The notes beneath the pieces were generated by a model. That model was not told the DNA's origin, did not search any database, and saw only the letters and a program-made list of their open reading frames with translations. This document shows positions 17,783 to 27,234 of a stretch of 64,000 nt of DNA, piece by piece; within the stretch, counting starts at the first letter, position 1, and each line of letters begins with the position of its first letter. The translations under genes and the position numbers were made by a program. Source of the DNA: Candidatus Binatia bacterium (GTDB taxonomy: Bacteria > Desulfobacterota > Binatia > UBA9968 > JAJDTQ01); assembly GCA_963666515.2 (NCBI GenBank), contig OY762897.2, positions 1,888,001-1,952,000 of the forward strand, in the 5' to 3' direction.

Positions 17783-19021
17783 TCAGTCCAGGCCGAGCTC
17801 CGCCCGGGTCTTGCTGCAGATATCGAGCGCCGCCAGAGCGTAGGCACTGCTGCAACGCTCCATGTTCCTGATGCCCACGCCCCGGCGGGTGCCGGAGGGC
17901 CGGTCCCACTCAGCGCCGGTCTCCTGCTCGTCCGGGTCAACCAAGTGGGTGCCGAAGCCGGCGCCGTAGGTGATCACCGACACGCCGTACTGGTTGATGC
18001 GCGAGCCGTCCGAGGTGATGCCGTAGCGCACCGGCTCGGAGAACTCCATGGCGCTACCGTTGACCTCCTGGTGGGCCGCTCCCATGGCCTTGACCACGTA
18101 GTCGGTATCGGGGATCTCGTAGCCGCCGGTGGAGAGGTAGAGCTTCACACGGGTGTCGATGTCCCCTTCCTTCTCGGCAACCGCGGCGGCGACCTTCTCC
18201 AGCTCCCGCTGGATCTTCATGGTGGGAACGTCGGGCAGCGTCTTGACGATGACGTAGATCTTGCACACCGGGTTGGTGCCGGGCTTGAAGGGGTTGCCGC
18301 CGTCGATGGCGCCGATCTGCACGGTGGGGAGCATGAACGGGTGCGGGAACATTTTCTGGTAGTCGGCTTCCCACGCCTGGATCCCCTTGCATACCTCGAA
18401 CGCCTTCATGACGAAGGTCTTGGCCGGCCCCTCCACGGTCACCTCGGCCCACACCAGGCCGGCGTTGCCGATCTGCATACGCAGGCCGGTGGGCTCGCCG
18501 ATGATGCACATGTCCGCGGTGACGCCGTGGTCCATGAGGTAACGGGCGCCCACTCCGGCGCCCCGGTAGCTCTTGCCGTGGAACCGGTTGACCTGGGCCT
18601 TCTCGATCTCGCCCACCACCCCCGAGATGATGATGTCGCCCTTGAGTTCCGCCCCGGCCTTGACGAGCATGTCCACCGCGGTGATGTAGCAGGGGAACGC
18701 GCACTTCATGTTCACCAGGCCGCGGCCGTAAACCCGGTCTTCGGTCACGCGGGTTGGCTCGGGGTTGTCGAAGTGGTCCATGTGGCCGTTGAACATCAGC
18801 GCCGGCCCGCCACCCGACCCGCGCAGCGTGCCGATGACGTTTTTCCGTCCCTCCTCCACCTCCTGGTATTCCACCTCCATGCCCAGGCGCTCGAACTCGC
18901 GTCCCAGGTACTCCGCCACCGGGATTTCCTCGCCGGTGATCGTGACGATGTCGGCGAGGTCCCGGGTCATCTCCACCAGATGGGCGCGGTCGAGTTGCGC
19001 CAACACTTGCTTGCTGTCCAT
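17783..19021 (-). CDS. M20/ArgE-DapE family metallo-amidohydrolase
   Basis: LMFNGHMD, YGRGLVNMK, VVGEIE, IIGEPT. Confidence 0.88.
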   Translation of the reverse strand: MDSKQVLAQLDRAHLVEMTRDLADIVTITGEEIPVAEYLGREFERLGMEVEYQEVEEGRKNVIGTLRGSGGGPALMFNGHMDHFDNPEPTRVTEDRVYGRGLVNMKCAFPCYITAVDMLVKAGAELKGDIIISGVVGEIEKAQVNRFHGKSYRGAGVGARYLMDHGVTADMCIIGEPTGLRMQIGNAGLVWAEVTVEGPAKTFVMKAFEVCKGIQAWEADYQKMFPHPFMLPTVQIGAIDGGNPFKPGTNPVCKIYVIVKTLPDVPTMKIQRELEKVAAAVAEKEGDIDTRVKLYLSTGGYEIPDTDYVVKAMGAAHQEVNGSAMEFSEPVRYGITSDGSRINQYGVSVITYGAGFGTHLVDPDEQETGAEWDRPSGTRRGVGIRNMERCSSAYALAALDICSKTRAELGLD

Positions 19022-19035
19022 TTGATCGAACCTCC

Positions 19036-19431
19036 TTAATCTTTCTCATGCCTTAGTGACAGAGAGTTAATACAATACCTCAGATATGTCGGCGACGGAC
19101 CGTCGTCGAAAACGTGCCCCAGGTGGGCGTCGCAGACACGGCAGAGCACTTCCACCCGGCGCATGCCGTAGGAACGGTCTTCCTTGGTGGCGACGTTCTC
19201 CTCGTCCACCGGCGCCCAGAAGCTGGGCCAGCCGGTGCCCGACTCGAACTTGGTGGCGGCGTCGAACAGGTCCGCGCCACAGCAGACGCAACGGTAGATC
19301 CCGGGCTCCTTGGAAGCGTGGTATTTGCCCGTGAACGGGCGCTCGGTGGCCTGCTTCCGCGTCACCAGGAACTCTTCGTCGGTGAGCTGCTGGCGCCACT
19401 CTTCATCGGTCTTGACGACTTTGTCCTTCAT
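19036..19431 (-). CDS. msrB: Methionine-R-sulfoxide reductase
   Basis: [38 protein letters not shown]. Confidence 0.97.
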   Translation of the reverse strand: MKDKVVKTDEEWRQQLTDEEFLVTRKQATERPFTGKYHASKEPGIYRCVCCGADLFDAATKFESGTGWPSFWAPVDEENVATKEDRSYGMRRVEVLCRVCDAHLGHVFDDGPSPTYLRYCINSLSLRHEKD

Positions 19432-19499
19432 CGAACGCGACCTCCGAGCCCTTACATATAGGCGTTTGACGGAAAGAAAGCGAATCCGCCCCCGCCGCC

Positions 19500-20387
19500 T
19501 CACTTCACGATCAGCAGGGCCGTGCCCAGCACGATGGTCAGGGCGCCCGCCGCCACCTTCCAGTTGACCGACTCGTGGGCCTGCAGGAAGAGCCACGACA
19601 CCAGCAGCACGAACAGCGGCCGGGACTGCGCGATGGGCTGCACCACCACCACCGGTGCGTACTTGAGCGCGAAATAGCCGCAGGTGGTGCCGATGGCGGA
19701 CACCAGCCCCACCAGCCAGATGTAGCGCCAATGCCGCGGGGTCCAGTCGGCGACGCTGCGCAGCGGCCGGTTCCAGATGGCGGGCAGGAAGCTCGGCAGC
19801 GCGATGAGGCTGGCGTAGAAATTGGCGCCCAGGGGCGACGAGAACTCGTGCACCACCACCCGGGTCAGGGCCGCGGAGACGGCCATGGCAAGGGCGCTGC
19901 CCAGCGCGAAGGCCATGCCGGCGACGTAGCGGGTCCACGTCTGGCCGGCGGCGCCTTGGGCGCGGCTCATGGCTACCAGCACGCAGCCGCCCACCACCAG
20001 GACGGCCCCGGCCGTCAGGAGATACGTCAGGTTCTCCGCAAGGAAGAACACGCCGATGAACATGGCGAAGAACACGTTGGTGGCGCTGAAGCTGCTGGAC
20101 CGGGCGGCGCCGATGTACTTGATGGCGGTGAACAGGGTGGTGCGGCCCACGGTGATGCGGAGGATCCCGGCCAGCCCGATCATGAACAGCGGCCATCCCC
20201 AACCCGGGAAGCCCGCGTGGAGGTCGCCGTTCAACAGAGCGGCGACGGTCAGCACCGCCAAGCCGGTGAACGCCGTGGCCGCGGTGCCCAGCACCGGATC
20301 GATGTCGTGGGTGGCCATGCGGCCGAAAATGTCCCGCAACGCCAGGAAGAACGCGGTGCCCAAGGCGTAGACGATGGCGATGTCCAT
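19500..20387 (-). CDS. DMT/EamA family transporter
   Basis: About 10 hydrophobic segments in two repeats; start MDIAIV. Confidence 0.85.
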   Translation of the reverse strand: MDIAIVYALGTAFFLALRDIFGRMATHDIDPVLGTAATAFTGLAVLTVAALLNGDLHAGFPGWGWPLFMIGLAGILRITVGRTTLFTAIKYIGAARSSSFSATNVFFAMFIGVFFLAENLTYLLTAGAVLVVGGCVLVAMSRAQGAAGQTWTRYVAGMAFALGSALAMAVSAALTRVVVHEFSSPLGANFYASLIALPSFLPAIWNRPLRSVADWTPRHWRYIWLVGLVSAIGTTCGYFALKYAPVVVVQPIAQSRPLFVLLVSWLFLQAHESVNWKVAAGALTIVLGTALLIVK

Positions 20388-20453
20388 GACGGTTAGATGT
20401 AGCACGCCGGGGCGGATTCGTAACCACGGCGAGGCCGACCCTGCCCCGCCCCT

Positions 20454-20482
20454 CCTGGATTCCGGCTTTCGCCGGAATGACG
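20454..20482. repeat. REP-like palindrome
   Basis: cctggattccggctttcgccggaatgacg, identical to 51410-51438. Confidence 0.85.
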
Positions 20483-20561
20483 GAGAGGGGGAATCACGGT
20501 TGATCGACACAACCGAAACGGCTATACCCCTCCAAACTCAAACCTGCCGCAGGGAGCCGCC

Positions 20562-21023
20562 ATGAACTTCGAGGGCACTATTAACGTAGAACATCCGCGA
20601 GATGCCGTGTGGGACTTCGTGCTGGACATCGACAAGTTCTCGGGCTGCATGCCGGGTCTCGATTCCATCGACAAGATCGACGACACCACCTTCGACGGCG
20701 TCATCAGCGCCAAGGTGGGACCCATGTCGGGCAAGTTCAACTTCCGCTCCACCATCACCGACAGCAATCCCAAGGAAGCCCTCACCGTGAAGATCGAGGG
20801 CAACGACTCCGTCACCAAGAGCACGGTGGTGGCGGGCGTGGACGCGCGCATGGAAGAGCCTCGCGAGAACTGCACCGAGCTCGTGTACAAGGCGCAGGTG
20901 GAGATCAAGGGGCGGCTGGCCATCGTCGGCGACATGATCCTGCGCGCCACCACTTCGCTCATCCTGGAAGAGTTCCGCAAGCGCTTGAGCAAGGCGCTGG
21001 ACGACGAGGCCGCCAAGGCCTGA
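20562..21023 (+). CDS. CoxG/SRPBCC family protein
   Basis: PRDAVWDFVLD, CMPG, AKVGPMSGKF, GRLAIVG. Confidence 0.85.
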   Translation: MNFEGTINVEHPRDAVWDFVLDIDKFSGCMPGLDSIDKIDDTTFDGVISAKVGPMSGKFNFRSTITDSNPKEALTVKIEGNDSVTKSTVVAGVDARMEEPRENCTELVYKAQVEIKGRLAIVGDMILRATTSLILEEFRKRLSKALDDEAAKA

Positions 21024-21056
21024 AGCGGACGACACCACAACGAAAGGGCATCTCGC

Positions 21057-22574
21057 ATGGCCGACCACTACGACGTCATCATCATCGGCGGAGGCTCCGC
21101 GGGCTGCGCCGCGGCCAGCCGCCTCTCCGAGGACCCGGGGCGCAAGGTGTTGCTGCTGGAGGCGGGGCCGGACCCGCAACCCATTCCCGAGATGGTGGCC
21201 GAAGCCCAGAACCAAGTGCGGCTGCTGCTGGAGACCGACTATCTGGCCATGTACCCCAGCCCTCGCGACCTCGACGGCAGCATCTGCTACAAGCTCGCCG
21301 GCCGGATCATGGGCGGCGGCTCGTCGGTGAACGTCATGGCCGCGCCCCGGCCCATGAAGGCCGACATGGACAACTGGGTAGCCGCCGGCAACCCGGACTG
21401 GTCCTGGGAGAAGGTGCTACCGGTGCTCAAGCGGCTGGAATCCGACCAGGACTTCCCGGACAGCCCGCTCCACGGCAACGACGGCCCGCTCTACGTGAAG
21501 CGCCCGTTCACCTTCGACACCCCCGGCACGGCCGACCCCGTCCAGGCGTTCATCGAGGCCGGCCAGCAGAAGGGCCTGCCGCTCCTGGAGGACACCAACA
21601 TTCCCGACCCCGAGGGCGTGGGGCACCCGCCCTTCAGCATCAAGGACGGCAAGCGCCAGTCCACGGTGGTGGCGTACCTGGACCCGGCGCGCGGACGCGA
21701 CAACCTCACCATCGTCGCCGAGGCCCAGGTCCAGAAGCTGGACATCGAAGGCAACCGGGTGACCGGCGTGAGCTACGAGAAGAACGGCCGCCAGGAGACC
21801 GTTTCCGGCAACCAGGTGGTGGTGAGCGCCGGGGTCTACTACTCCGCCCAGCTCCTCATGCTGTCGGGCATCGGCCGCGCCGAGGACTTGAAGAAGGTGG
21901 GCATCGAGGTGGTCAGGGACATGCCCGGCGTGGGCCGGAACTACCAGGACCACGCGGTGGTGTTCATGACCTTCGAGTGCAAGGAGGAGTTCGACGCCGA
22001 CTGGATCATCCCGCGCATCCGCTACATCTACAAGAGCCATGCGGACCGAGACTGCTCCAACTTCCACATCTCGCTACGGCCGCCGACCCAGATCGAGGGC
22101 ATCAAGCCCACCATCCCGCTGTCGGCGTCGCTGCTGGAGCAGATGAACCGCGGCCGCCTCTACCTCCAGAGCAGCGACCCACGGGAGTTCCCGGTGATCG
22201 AATCCGCCATGCTGGAGCACCAGCAGGACATCGACTCCATGACCAGGGCCATGGAGTTCATCAAGGAGATCACCGAGACCCCGCCCATGCGTGAGCTTTA
22301 CGGCGATTTGCTCACCCCCGGTCCCGGCGAGGACTGGGTGAAGTTCGCCAAGGCCACCTACGACAGCTACCACCACGGCGTCGGCACCTGCCTCATGGCG
22401 CCTGCGTCCAACCCCGAGGCGGTGGTGGATCAGACCCTCAAGGTGCACGGCATGGACAACCTCTGGGTCGCCGACGCCTCCATCATGCCCACGGTGGTGC
22501 ACGCCAACACCAACGTCACCTGCATCATGATCGGCGAGCGCGTGTCGGATTTTGTGAAGGCGGCGGGCGGGTAG
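21057..22574 (+). CDS. GMC family oxidoreductase (choline dehydrogenase-like)
   Basis: GGGSAG, GRIMGGGSSVN, GVGRNYQDH, YHHGVGTC, ADASIMP, ANTN. Confidence 0.93.
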   Translation: MADHYDVIIIGGGSAGCAAASRLSEDPGRKVLLLEAGPDPQPIPEMVAEAQNQVRLLLETDYLAMYPSPRDLDGSICYKLAGRIMGGGSSVNVMAAPRPMKADMDNWVAAGNPDWSWEKVLPVLKRLESDQDFPDSPLHGNDGPLYVKRPFTFDTPGTADPVQAFIEAGQQKGLPLLEDTNIPDPEGVGHPPFSIKDGKRQSTVVAYLDPARGRDNLTIVAEAQVQKLDIEGNRVTGVSYEKNGRQETVSGNQVVVSAGVYYSAQLLMLSGIGRAEDLKKVGIEVVRDMPGVGRNYQDHAVVFMTFECKEEFDADWIIPRIRYIYKSHADRDCSNFHISLRPPTQIEGIKPTIPLSASLLEQMNRGRLYLQSSDPREFPVIESAMLEHQQDIDSMTRAMEFIKEITETPPMRELYGDLLTPGPGEDWVKFAKATYDSYHHGVGTCLMAPASNPEAVVDQTLKVHGMDNLWVADASIMPTVVHANTNVTCIMIGERVSDFVKAAGG

Positions 22575-22575
22575 C

Positions 22576-24261
22576 TCAGTCTCTCGTCAGCCTGCGATAC
22601 CGCATGCGGTGGGGCTGGTCGGCTTCCTTGCCGAGGCGCCGGCGGCGGTCCGTCTCGTAGTCACTGTAGTTCCCCTCGAACCAGACCACTTGGCTGTCGC
22701 CCTCGAAAGCCAGGATGTGGGTGGCGATGCGGTCCAGGAACCAGCGGTCGTGGCTCACCACGACGCACGATCCCCCGAACTCCACCAGCCCATCTTCCAG
22801 CGCCCGCATGGTGTTGACGTCGAGGTCGTTGGTAGGCTCGTCCAGCAATAACAGATTGGCCTCTTCCTTGAGCATCCGGGCCAAGTGAACGCGGTTGCGC
22901 TCGCCGCCCGAAAGGTCGCCGACCTTCTTCTGCTGGTCCTGTCCCGAAAAATTGAACCGCCCCACGTAGGCGCGGGAGTTGACTTCGCGCTTGCCCAGCA
23001 GGATCTGGTCCTGGCCGTCCGATATCGCTTCCCACACCGTGTGCTCGTCGTTCAGCGTGCGGCTCTGGTCCACGTAGCCGACCCTGACCGTCTCGCCGAT
23101 GCGGAACGAGCCGGACCGGCATTCCAGGCCGCCGGTGACGATGCGCAGCAGCGTAGTCTTGCCCGAACCGTTGGGGCCGATGACGCCGACGATGGCGCCG
23201 GGCGGCATGATGAAGCTCAGATCCTCGAACAGGAGGCGGTCGCCGAACCCGTGGGTGAGGCTGTCCGCCTGGAGCACCACGTCGCCCAGGCGCGGCCCCG
23301 GCGGGATGTAGATCTCCAGGTCCTCCTGCGCGCCCTCCTGCTCCTGGCCCAGCATCTGCTCGTAGCGCGTCAACCGCGCCTTGCCCTTGGCCTGGCGCGC
23401 CCGGGGCGACATGCGTATCCATTCCAGCTCCCGCTCCAGGGTCTTGCGGCGCCGGGTCGCGGTCTTCTCCTCCTTCTCCAGGCGCGCCTGCTTCTGCTCC
23501 AGCCACGAGGAGTAGTTGCCCTCGAAGGGGATGCCGTGGCCCCGGTCCAGTTCCAGGATCCATCCGGCGACGTTGTCCAGGAAATAGCGGTCGTGGGTCA
23601 CGGCGATGACCGTGCCCTCGTAGCGCGCCAGGTGCTGCTCCAGCCACTGCACGGATTCCGCGTCCAGGTGGTTGGTGGGCTCGTCCAGCAGCAGGATGTC
23701 CGGCTCCTGGATCAGCAGCCGGCACAGCGCCACGCGCCGGCGCTCGCCTCCGGAGAGCACGTCCACCTTCGTCTCCGGCGGCGGACAGCGGAGCGCGTCC
23801 ATGGCCACCTCCAGTTGGCTCTCCAGCTCCCAGCCGTTGCCCGCCTCGATTTCATCCTGGAGCTTCGCCTGCTGCTCCAGCAGCGCGTCCATGTCGTCCG
23901 CGCTCATCTCCTCCGCGAACCGGGCGCTGACGGCCTCGTATTCCGCCAGCAACCCCATCATCCGGGAGCAGCCCTCCTCCACCACTTCCTTGACGGTCTT
24001 GTCGGCATCCATCTGCGGTTCCTGCTCCAGCAAACCCACGGAGTAGCCCTTGGAGAACGTGATCTCTCCCAGGTACTCCTGTTCCACCCCGGCGATGATC
24101 CGGAGCAGCGTGCTCTTGCCCGACCCGTTGAGGCCCAGCACCCCGATCTTGGCGCCGTAGAAGAACGACAGGTAGATGTCCTTCAGCACCTGCCGCTTGG
24201 GAGGATGGACCTTGCCCACCCCGATGAGCGAGAAAATCACCTGCCTGTCGTCGTTGCTCAT
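22576..24261 (-). CDS. ettA: Energy-dependent translational throttle ABC-F protein
   Basis: LSFFYGAKIGVLGLNGSGKS; two ABC domains; ELEWIRMSPRARQAKGKAR linker. Confidence 0.96.
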   Translation of the reverse strand: MSNDDRQVIFSLIGVGKVHPPKRQVLKDIYLSFFYGAKIGVLGLNGSGKSTLLRIIAGVEQEYLGEITFSKGYSVGLLEQEPQMDADKTVKEVVEEGCSRMMGLLAEYEAVSARFAEEMSADDMDALLEQQAKLQDEIEAGNGWELESQLEVAMDALRCPPPETKVDVLSGGERRRVALCRLLIQEPDILLLDEPTNHLDAESVQWLEQHLARYEGTVIAVTHDRYFLDNVAGWILELDRGHGIPFEGNYSSWLEQKQARLEKEEKTATRRRKTLERELEWIRMSPRARQAKGKARLTRYEQMLGQEQEGAQEDLEIYIPPGPRLGDVVLQADSLTHGFGDRLLFEDLSFIMPPGAIVGVIGPNGSGKTTLLRIVTGGLECRSGSFRIGETVRVGYVDQSRTLNDEHTVWEAISDGQDQILLGKREVNSRAYVGRFNFSGQDQQKKVGDLSGGERNRVHLARMLKEEANLLLLDEPTNDLDVNTMRALEDGLVEFGGSCVVVSHDRWFLDRIATHILAFEGDSQVVWFEGNYSDYETDRRRRLGKEADQPHRMRYRRLTRD

Positions 24262-24342
24262 GAATCCTCCCGCCGCCGGGTTTGCAGACCCCCGCCGGCA
24301 ACCTTACTATACTATTGCCCCGGAAAGCCGCGGAGCCGCAAC

Positions 24343-24984
24343 ATGATCACCTACCCGCTGCCGCCGCAAGCCTTCGCCCGCATCGACGAGTCGCCGGACG
24401 AGGAATTCTACCAGGAGCCCCGCCTGGTGACCCATATCGACGAGCGCGCGATCGCCGCGGTCACCCGACTCTACCGGGAAACCCTGCCGGCCGGAGGCGC
24501 GGTCCTGGACCTGATGAGCAGTTGGATCAGCCACCTGCCGCCGGAGATGAGCTTCAGGAGAGTCGTGGGGCTGGGCATGAACGAGCAGGAGCTTCGGGCC
24601 AATCCCCGCCTCCACGCCTGCACGGTCCACAACCTCAACGACGACCCCTCCCTGCCCTACGCCGGCGGCGAGTTCGACGCCGCCTGCATCTGCGTCTCCG
24701 TGGACTACCTGGTGAAGCCGGTGCAGGTGATCCGCGACATCGGGCGCGTGCTGACGCCGGGCGGCCCGCTGGTCATCACCTTCTCCAACCGCTGCTTCCC
24801 CACCAAGGCCGTGGCCATCTGGAATCGCCTGACGGGCGCGGGACAGCAGCAGCTCGTGGAATCCTACCTTACCGAGGCCGGCAATTGGGACAACGTGCGA
24901 TCGCTCACGCCCGTCCCGGAGGACTTCCGGGGAGACCCCCTTTTCGCCGTGCTCGGAAACCGCGCCCACGACGCCACCGGCTGA
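24343..24984 (+). CDS. Class I SAM-dependent methyltransferase
   Basis: FYQEPRLVTHID, LDLMSSWISHLP, FSNRCFPTKA. Confidence 0.88.
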   Translation: MITYPLPPQAFARIDESPDEEFYQEPRLVTHIDERAIAAVTRLYRETLPAGGAVLDLMSSWISHLPPEMSFRRVVGLGMNEQELRANPRLHACTVHNLNDDPSLPYAGGEFDAACICVSVDYLVKPVQVIRDIGRVLTPGGPLVITFSNRCFPTKAVAIWNRLTGAGQQQLVESYLTEAGNWDNVRSLTPVPEDFRGDPLFAVLGNRAHDATG

Positions 24985-24999
24985 CAAGGAGCCCGCGGA

Positions 25000-25027
25000 G
25001 TCGGGTTACGCCTTCGCCCAACCCGAC
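25000..25027. repeat. Palindrome between convergent genes (REP-like or terminator)
   Basis: gtcgggtt-acgccttcgccc-aacccgac. Confidence 0.5.
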
Positions 25028-25038
25028 CCGCCTGCCGC

Positions 25039-25626
25039 CTAGCGCCGGCGATCGCGGTGCGCCCGGCGACGGTGGTCCGACCGGTGATGGTGGTGCGATC
25101 GGTGGCGATGATGCAACCGCTGGCGATGGTGACGCCGGTGACGGTCGATCTTGTGGCGGTGACGGCCGAACTCGTAGAACAGGTGCAGAGACACCGGCGG
25201 GTAGTACCAATAGGAACCATAGTAGGGGTGATGGCGCCAAGGGTCATCATGCCGGCGGGTGTAGACCGGCTTTGGCGCCACCGGTCGGAGCCAGACCCCG
25301 GCCGCCGTGCGGCAGCGCGTGCTCCTGGCCTCGGCCTCCCTGCCGTCGATGGTGAGTTCGCGTTCGAACTTGCGGCAGTCCTGGCCCGCGGAATTGCGGT
25401 ATGTAAGCGTCGGCGTGACGCGGCCGTGGTGGCCGGTCGCCGGGTTCTCCCATAACTCGGCCTGGCCGGTCCTGTTGAACTCGAGGGCGTTCTGAACAGC
25501 CTGTTCCTGGCGCCGTCGGTCGCCATCGGACAACAGCGCATCGGGCGACGGCGCGGCCGCCTGCGCCGGGGCCATCCACAGCGCCAGCGCAACCAGGACC
25601 GGAAACGCGATGAGAGATCGTTTCAT
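25039..25626 (-). CDS. RT0821/Lpp0805 (17 kDa antigen-like) surface protein with His/Arg-rich tail
   Basis: Signal peptide, QNALE, WENPATG, CRKF...CRTAAGVW. Confidence 0.8.
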   Translation of the reverse strand: MKRSLIAFPVLVALALWMAPAQAAAPSPDALLSDGDRRRQEQAVQNALEFNRTGQAELWENPATGHHGRVTPTLTYRNSAGQDCRKFERELTIDGREAEARSTRCRTAAGVWLRPVAPKPVYTRRHDDPWRHHPYYGSYWYYPPVSLHLFYEFGRHRHKIDRHRRHHRQRLHHRHRSHHHHRSDHRRRAHRDRRR

Positions 25627-25726
25627 GAGACTACCCCAATCAAGAGAGTCCGCCGATACTGCGTCAAAGTATACTCCCCGGCAGGCACGTCCACAATCGG
25701 CCTGACCTGACTCGGTCTGGCCGACG

Positions 25727-25975
25727 TTAGCGCCCCTCCCGCTCCATGGCCGCCAGCCGCTCCCGCGCCTTGGCCGCGAAGGAGCTATCCGGATGGTCGC
25801 GGAGGATACGGTTGTAGAGCTTGCGCGCGTGCTCCTTGTTGTTCTGGACCTCTTCGAACTGCGCGGTCTCGAACATCTCTTCCGCACCGTCGCCGCAGCC
25901 CACCAGGGGCAGCGCCAACAGCACTCCCAGCGCAACCGCGACCGACATCCTTCGAACCGCTTCAAGCCTCGACAT
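25727..25975 (-). CDS. Small lipoprotein with TPR-like helix pair
   Basis: Lipobox LVGC; ARKLYNRILRDHPDSSFAAKARERL. Confidence 0.75.
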   Translation of the reverse strand: MSRLEAVRRMSVAVALGVLLALPLVGCGDGAEEMFETAQFEEVQNNKEHARKLYNRILRDHPDSSFAAKARERLAAMEREGR

Positions 25976-26121
25976 TATGAATGAACCCCCAGCCACGTGA
26001 TCCAAGCGATGAAAAATAGTCAGAGTTTCCTAATTTGACAGGAACACGCGATTGTGGCGAACTGAACGCCGCATCGCGCATCCATTCATCATGAGCCGGA
26101 CCCGCAAGCCTGGAGGGTAAC

Positions 26122-27195
26122 ATGCCGATCATCGACGCCGACGCCCACGTGGTGGAAATAGACGAGACCTGGGAGTATCTCGCTCCCTCCGAGCGGGAAT
26201 ACAAGCCCGGCGTGGTCTACGAGAGGCTGGAGAACGGCGAGACCCTCAAGTACTGGGTCATCGGCGGCAACAAGGTGGGCACGCCGTGGCCGGGCGGCGG
26301 GGCTCGGAGCGACGCCATCACCGGCACCTTCATCGGCAACGTGCCGCTGGACCTCAAGGCCAAGTACATGCTCGACGTGGACGCGCGGGTGGCGCACATG
26401 GACGAGCTGGGCACCGACGTACAGGTGCTGTTCCCGACCCTGTGGGTGCACCCGCTGACGGACCGGCCGGCGGTGGAGAACGCGCTGTGCTGGAGCTACA
26501 ACCGCTGGCTGGCCGACATCCATTCGCGCGGGCACGGCCGCTTCCGCTGGGCCTGCGTGGCGTCGCTGAGCGACATCCCGGAGGCGCGGCGGCAGATGCG
26601 CTTCGCCCGGGACCACGGCGCGGTGGCGGTGAACATCTCGGGGCTGGACTACCGCAACCGGCTCATCAACGACCCCGACTTCTTCCCGCTCTACGAAGAG
26701 GCCAGCGACCTCGACATGCCCGTGTGCATCCACTCGGGCACCAACAGCCCGGACATGGACCGGGTGTGGGGCAGGCCCCTGTGCGGCTACCAGCGCAACA
26801 AGTTCGTGGGCCTCGGCGCGTTCCACCTGCTGATCATGTCGAACCTCCCCGACCGATTCCCCAAGCTGCGCTGGGGCATCATCGAGCTGAGCGCGGGCTG
26901 GCTGCCCTACCTCATCAACGACCTGCGGCGCCGCGTGGAACGGCGCGGCGGCAAGCTCAAGGAGCGCATCCTCGCCGACAACAACATCTGGGTCGCCGCC
27001 CAGATGAACGACGACCTGGAGCACGTCATCAAGTACGTGGGCGACGACCGCCTGGTGATGGGCACCGACTACGGCCACGCCGACTCCTCCACCGAGATCC
27101 ACGCCCTGCAACTGCTTCAGCGGCACGAGTTCCTCTCCCCGGAGAGCGTCTCGCGCATTCTCTACGACAACCCGGTGGAGCTGTACGCGCTGTAG
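26122..27195 (+). CDS. Amidohydrolase_2 family protein
   Basis: IIDADAHVVE, MDELGTDVQVLFPT, CIHSG, GTDYGHAD. Confidence 0.92.
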   Translation: MPIIDADAHVVEIDETWEYLAPSEREYKPGVVYERLENGETLKYWVIGGNKVGTPWPGGGARSDAITGTFIGNVPLDLKAKYMLDVDARVAHMDELGTDVQVLFPTLWVHPLTDRPAVENALCWSYNRWLADIHSRGHGRFRWACVASLSDIPEARRQMRFARDHGAVAVNISGLDYRNRLINDPDFFPLYEEASDLDMPVCIHSGTNSPDMDRVWGRPLCGYQRNKFVGLGAFHLLIMSNLPDRFPKLRWGIIELSAGWLPYLINDLRRRVERRGGKLKERILADNNIWVAAQMNDDLEHVIKYVGDDRLVMGTDYGHADSSTEIHALQLLQRHEFLSPESVSRILYDNPVELYAL

Positions 27196-27234
27196 CGCAC
27201 CGTGAAGCGACCCGAGGCTTCAGGAGCACACCCC

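Noticed and set aside
19432-20427. Apparent long N-terminal fusion to MsrB
   Set aside because: Alternative frame of the DMT gene; MsrB similarity begins at MKDKVVK
22885-24342. Apparent 699-aa methyltransferase fusion
   Set aside because: Upstream part is antisense to ettA
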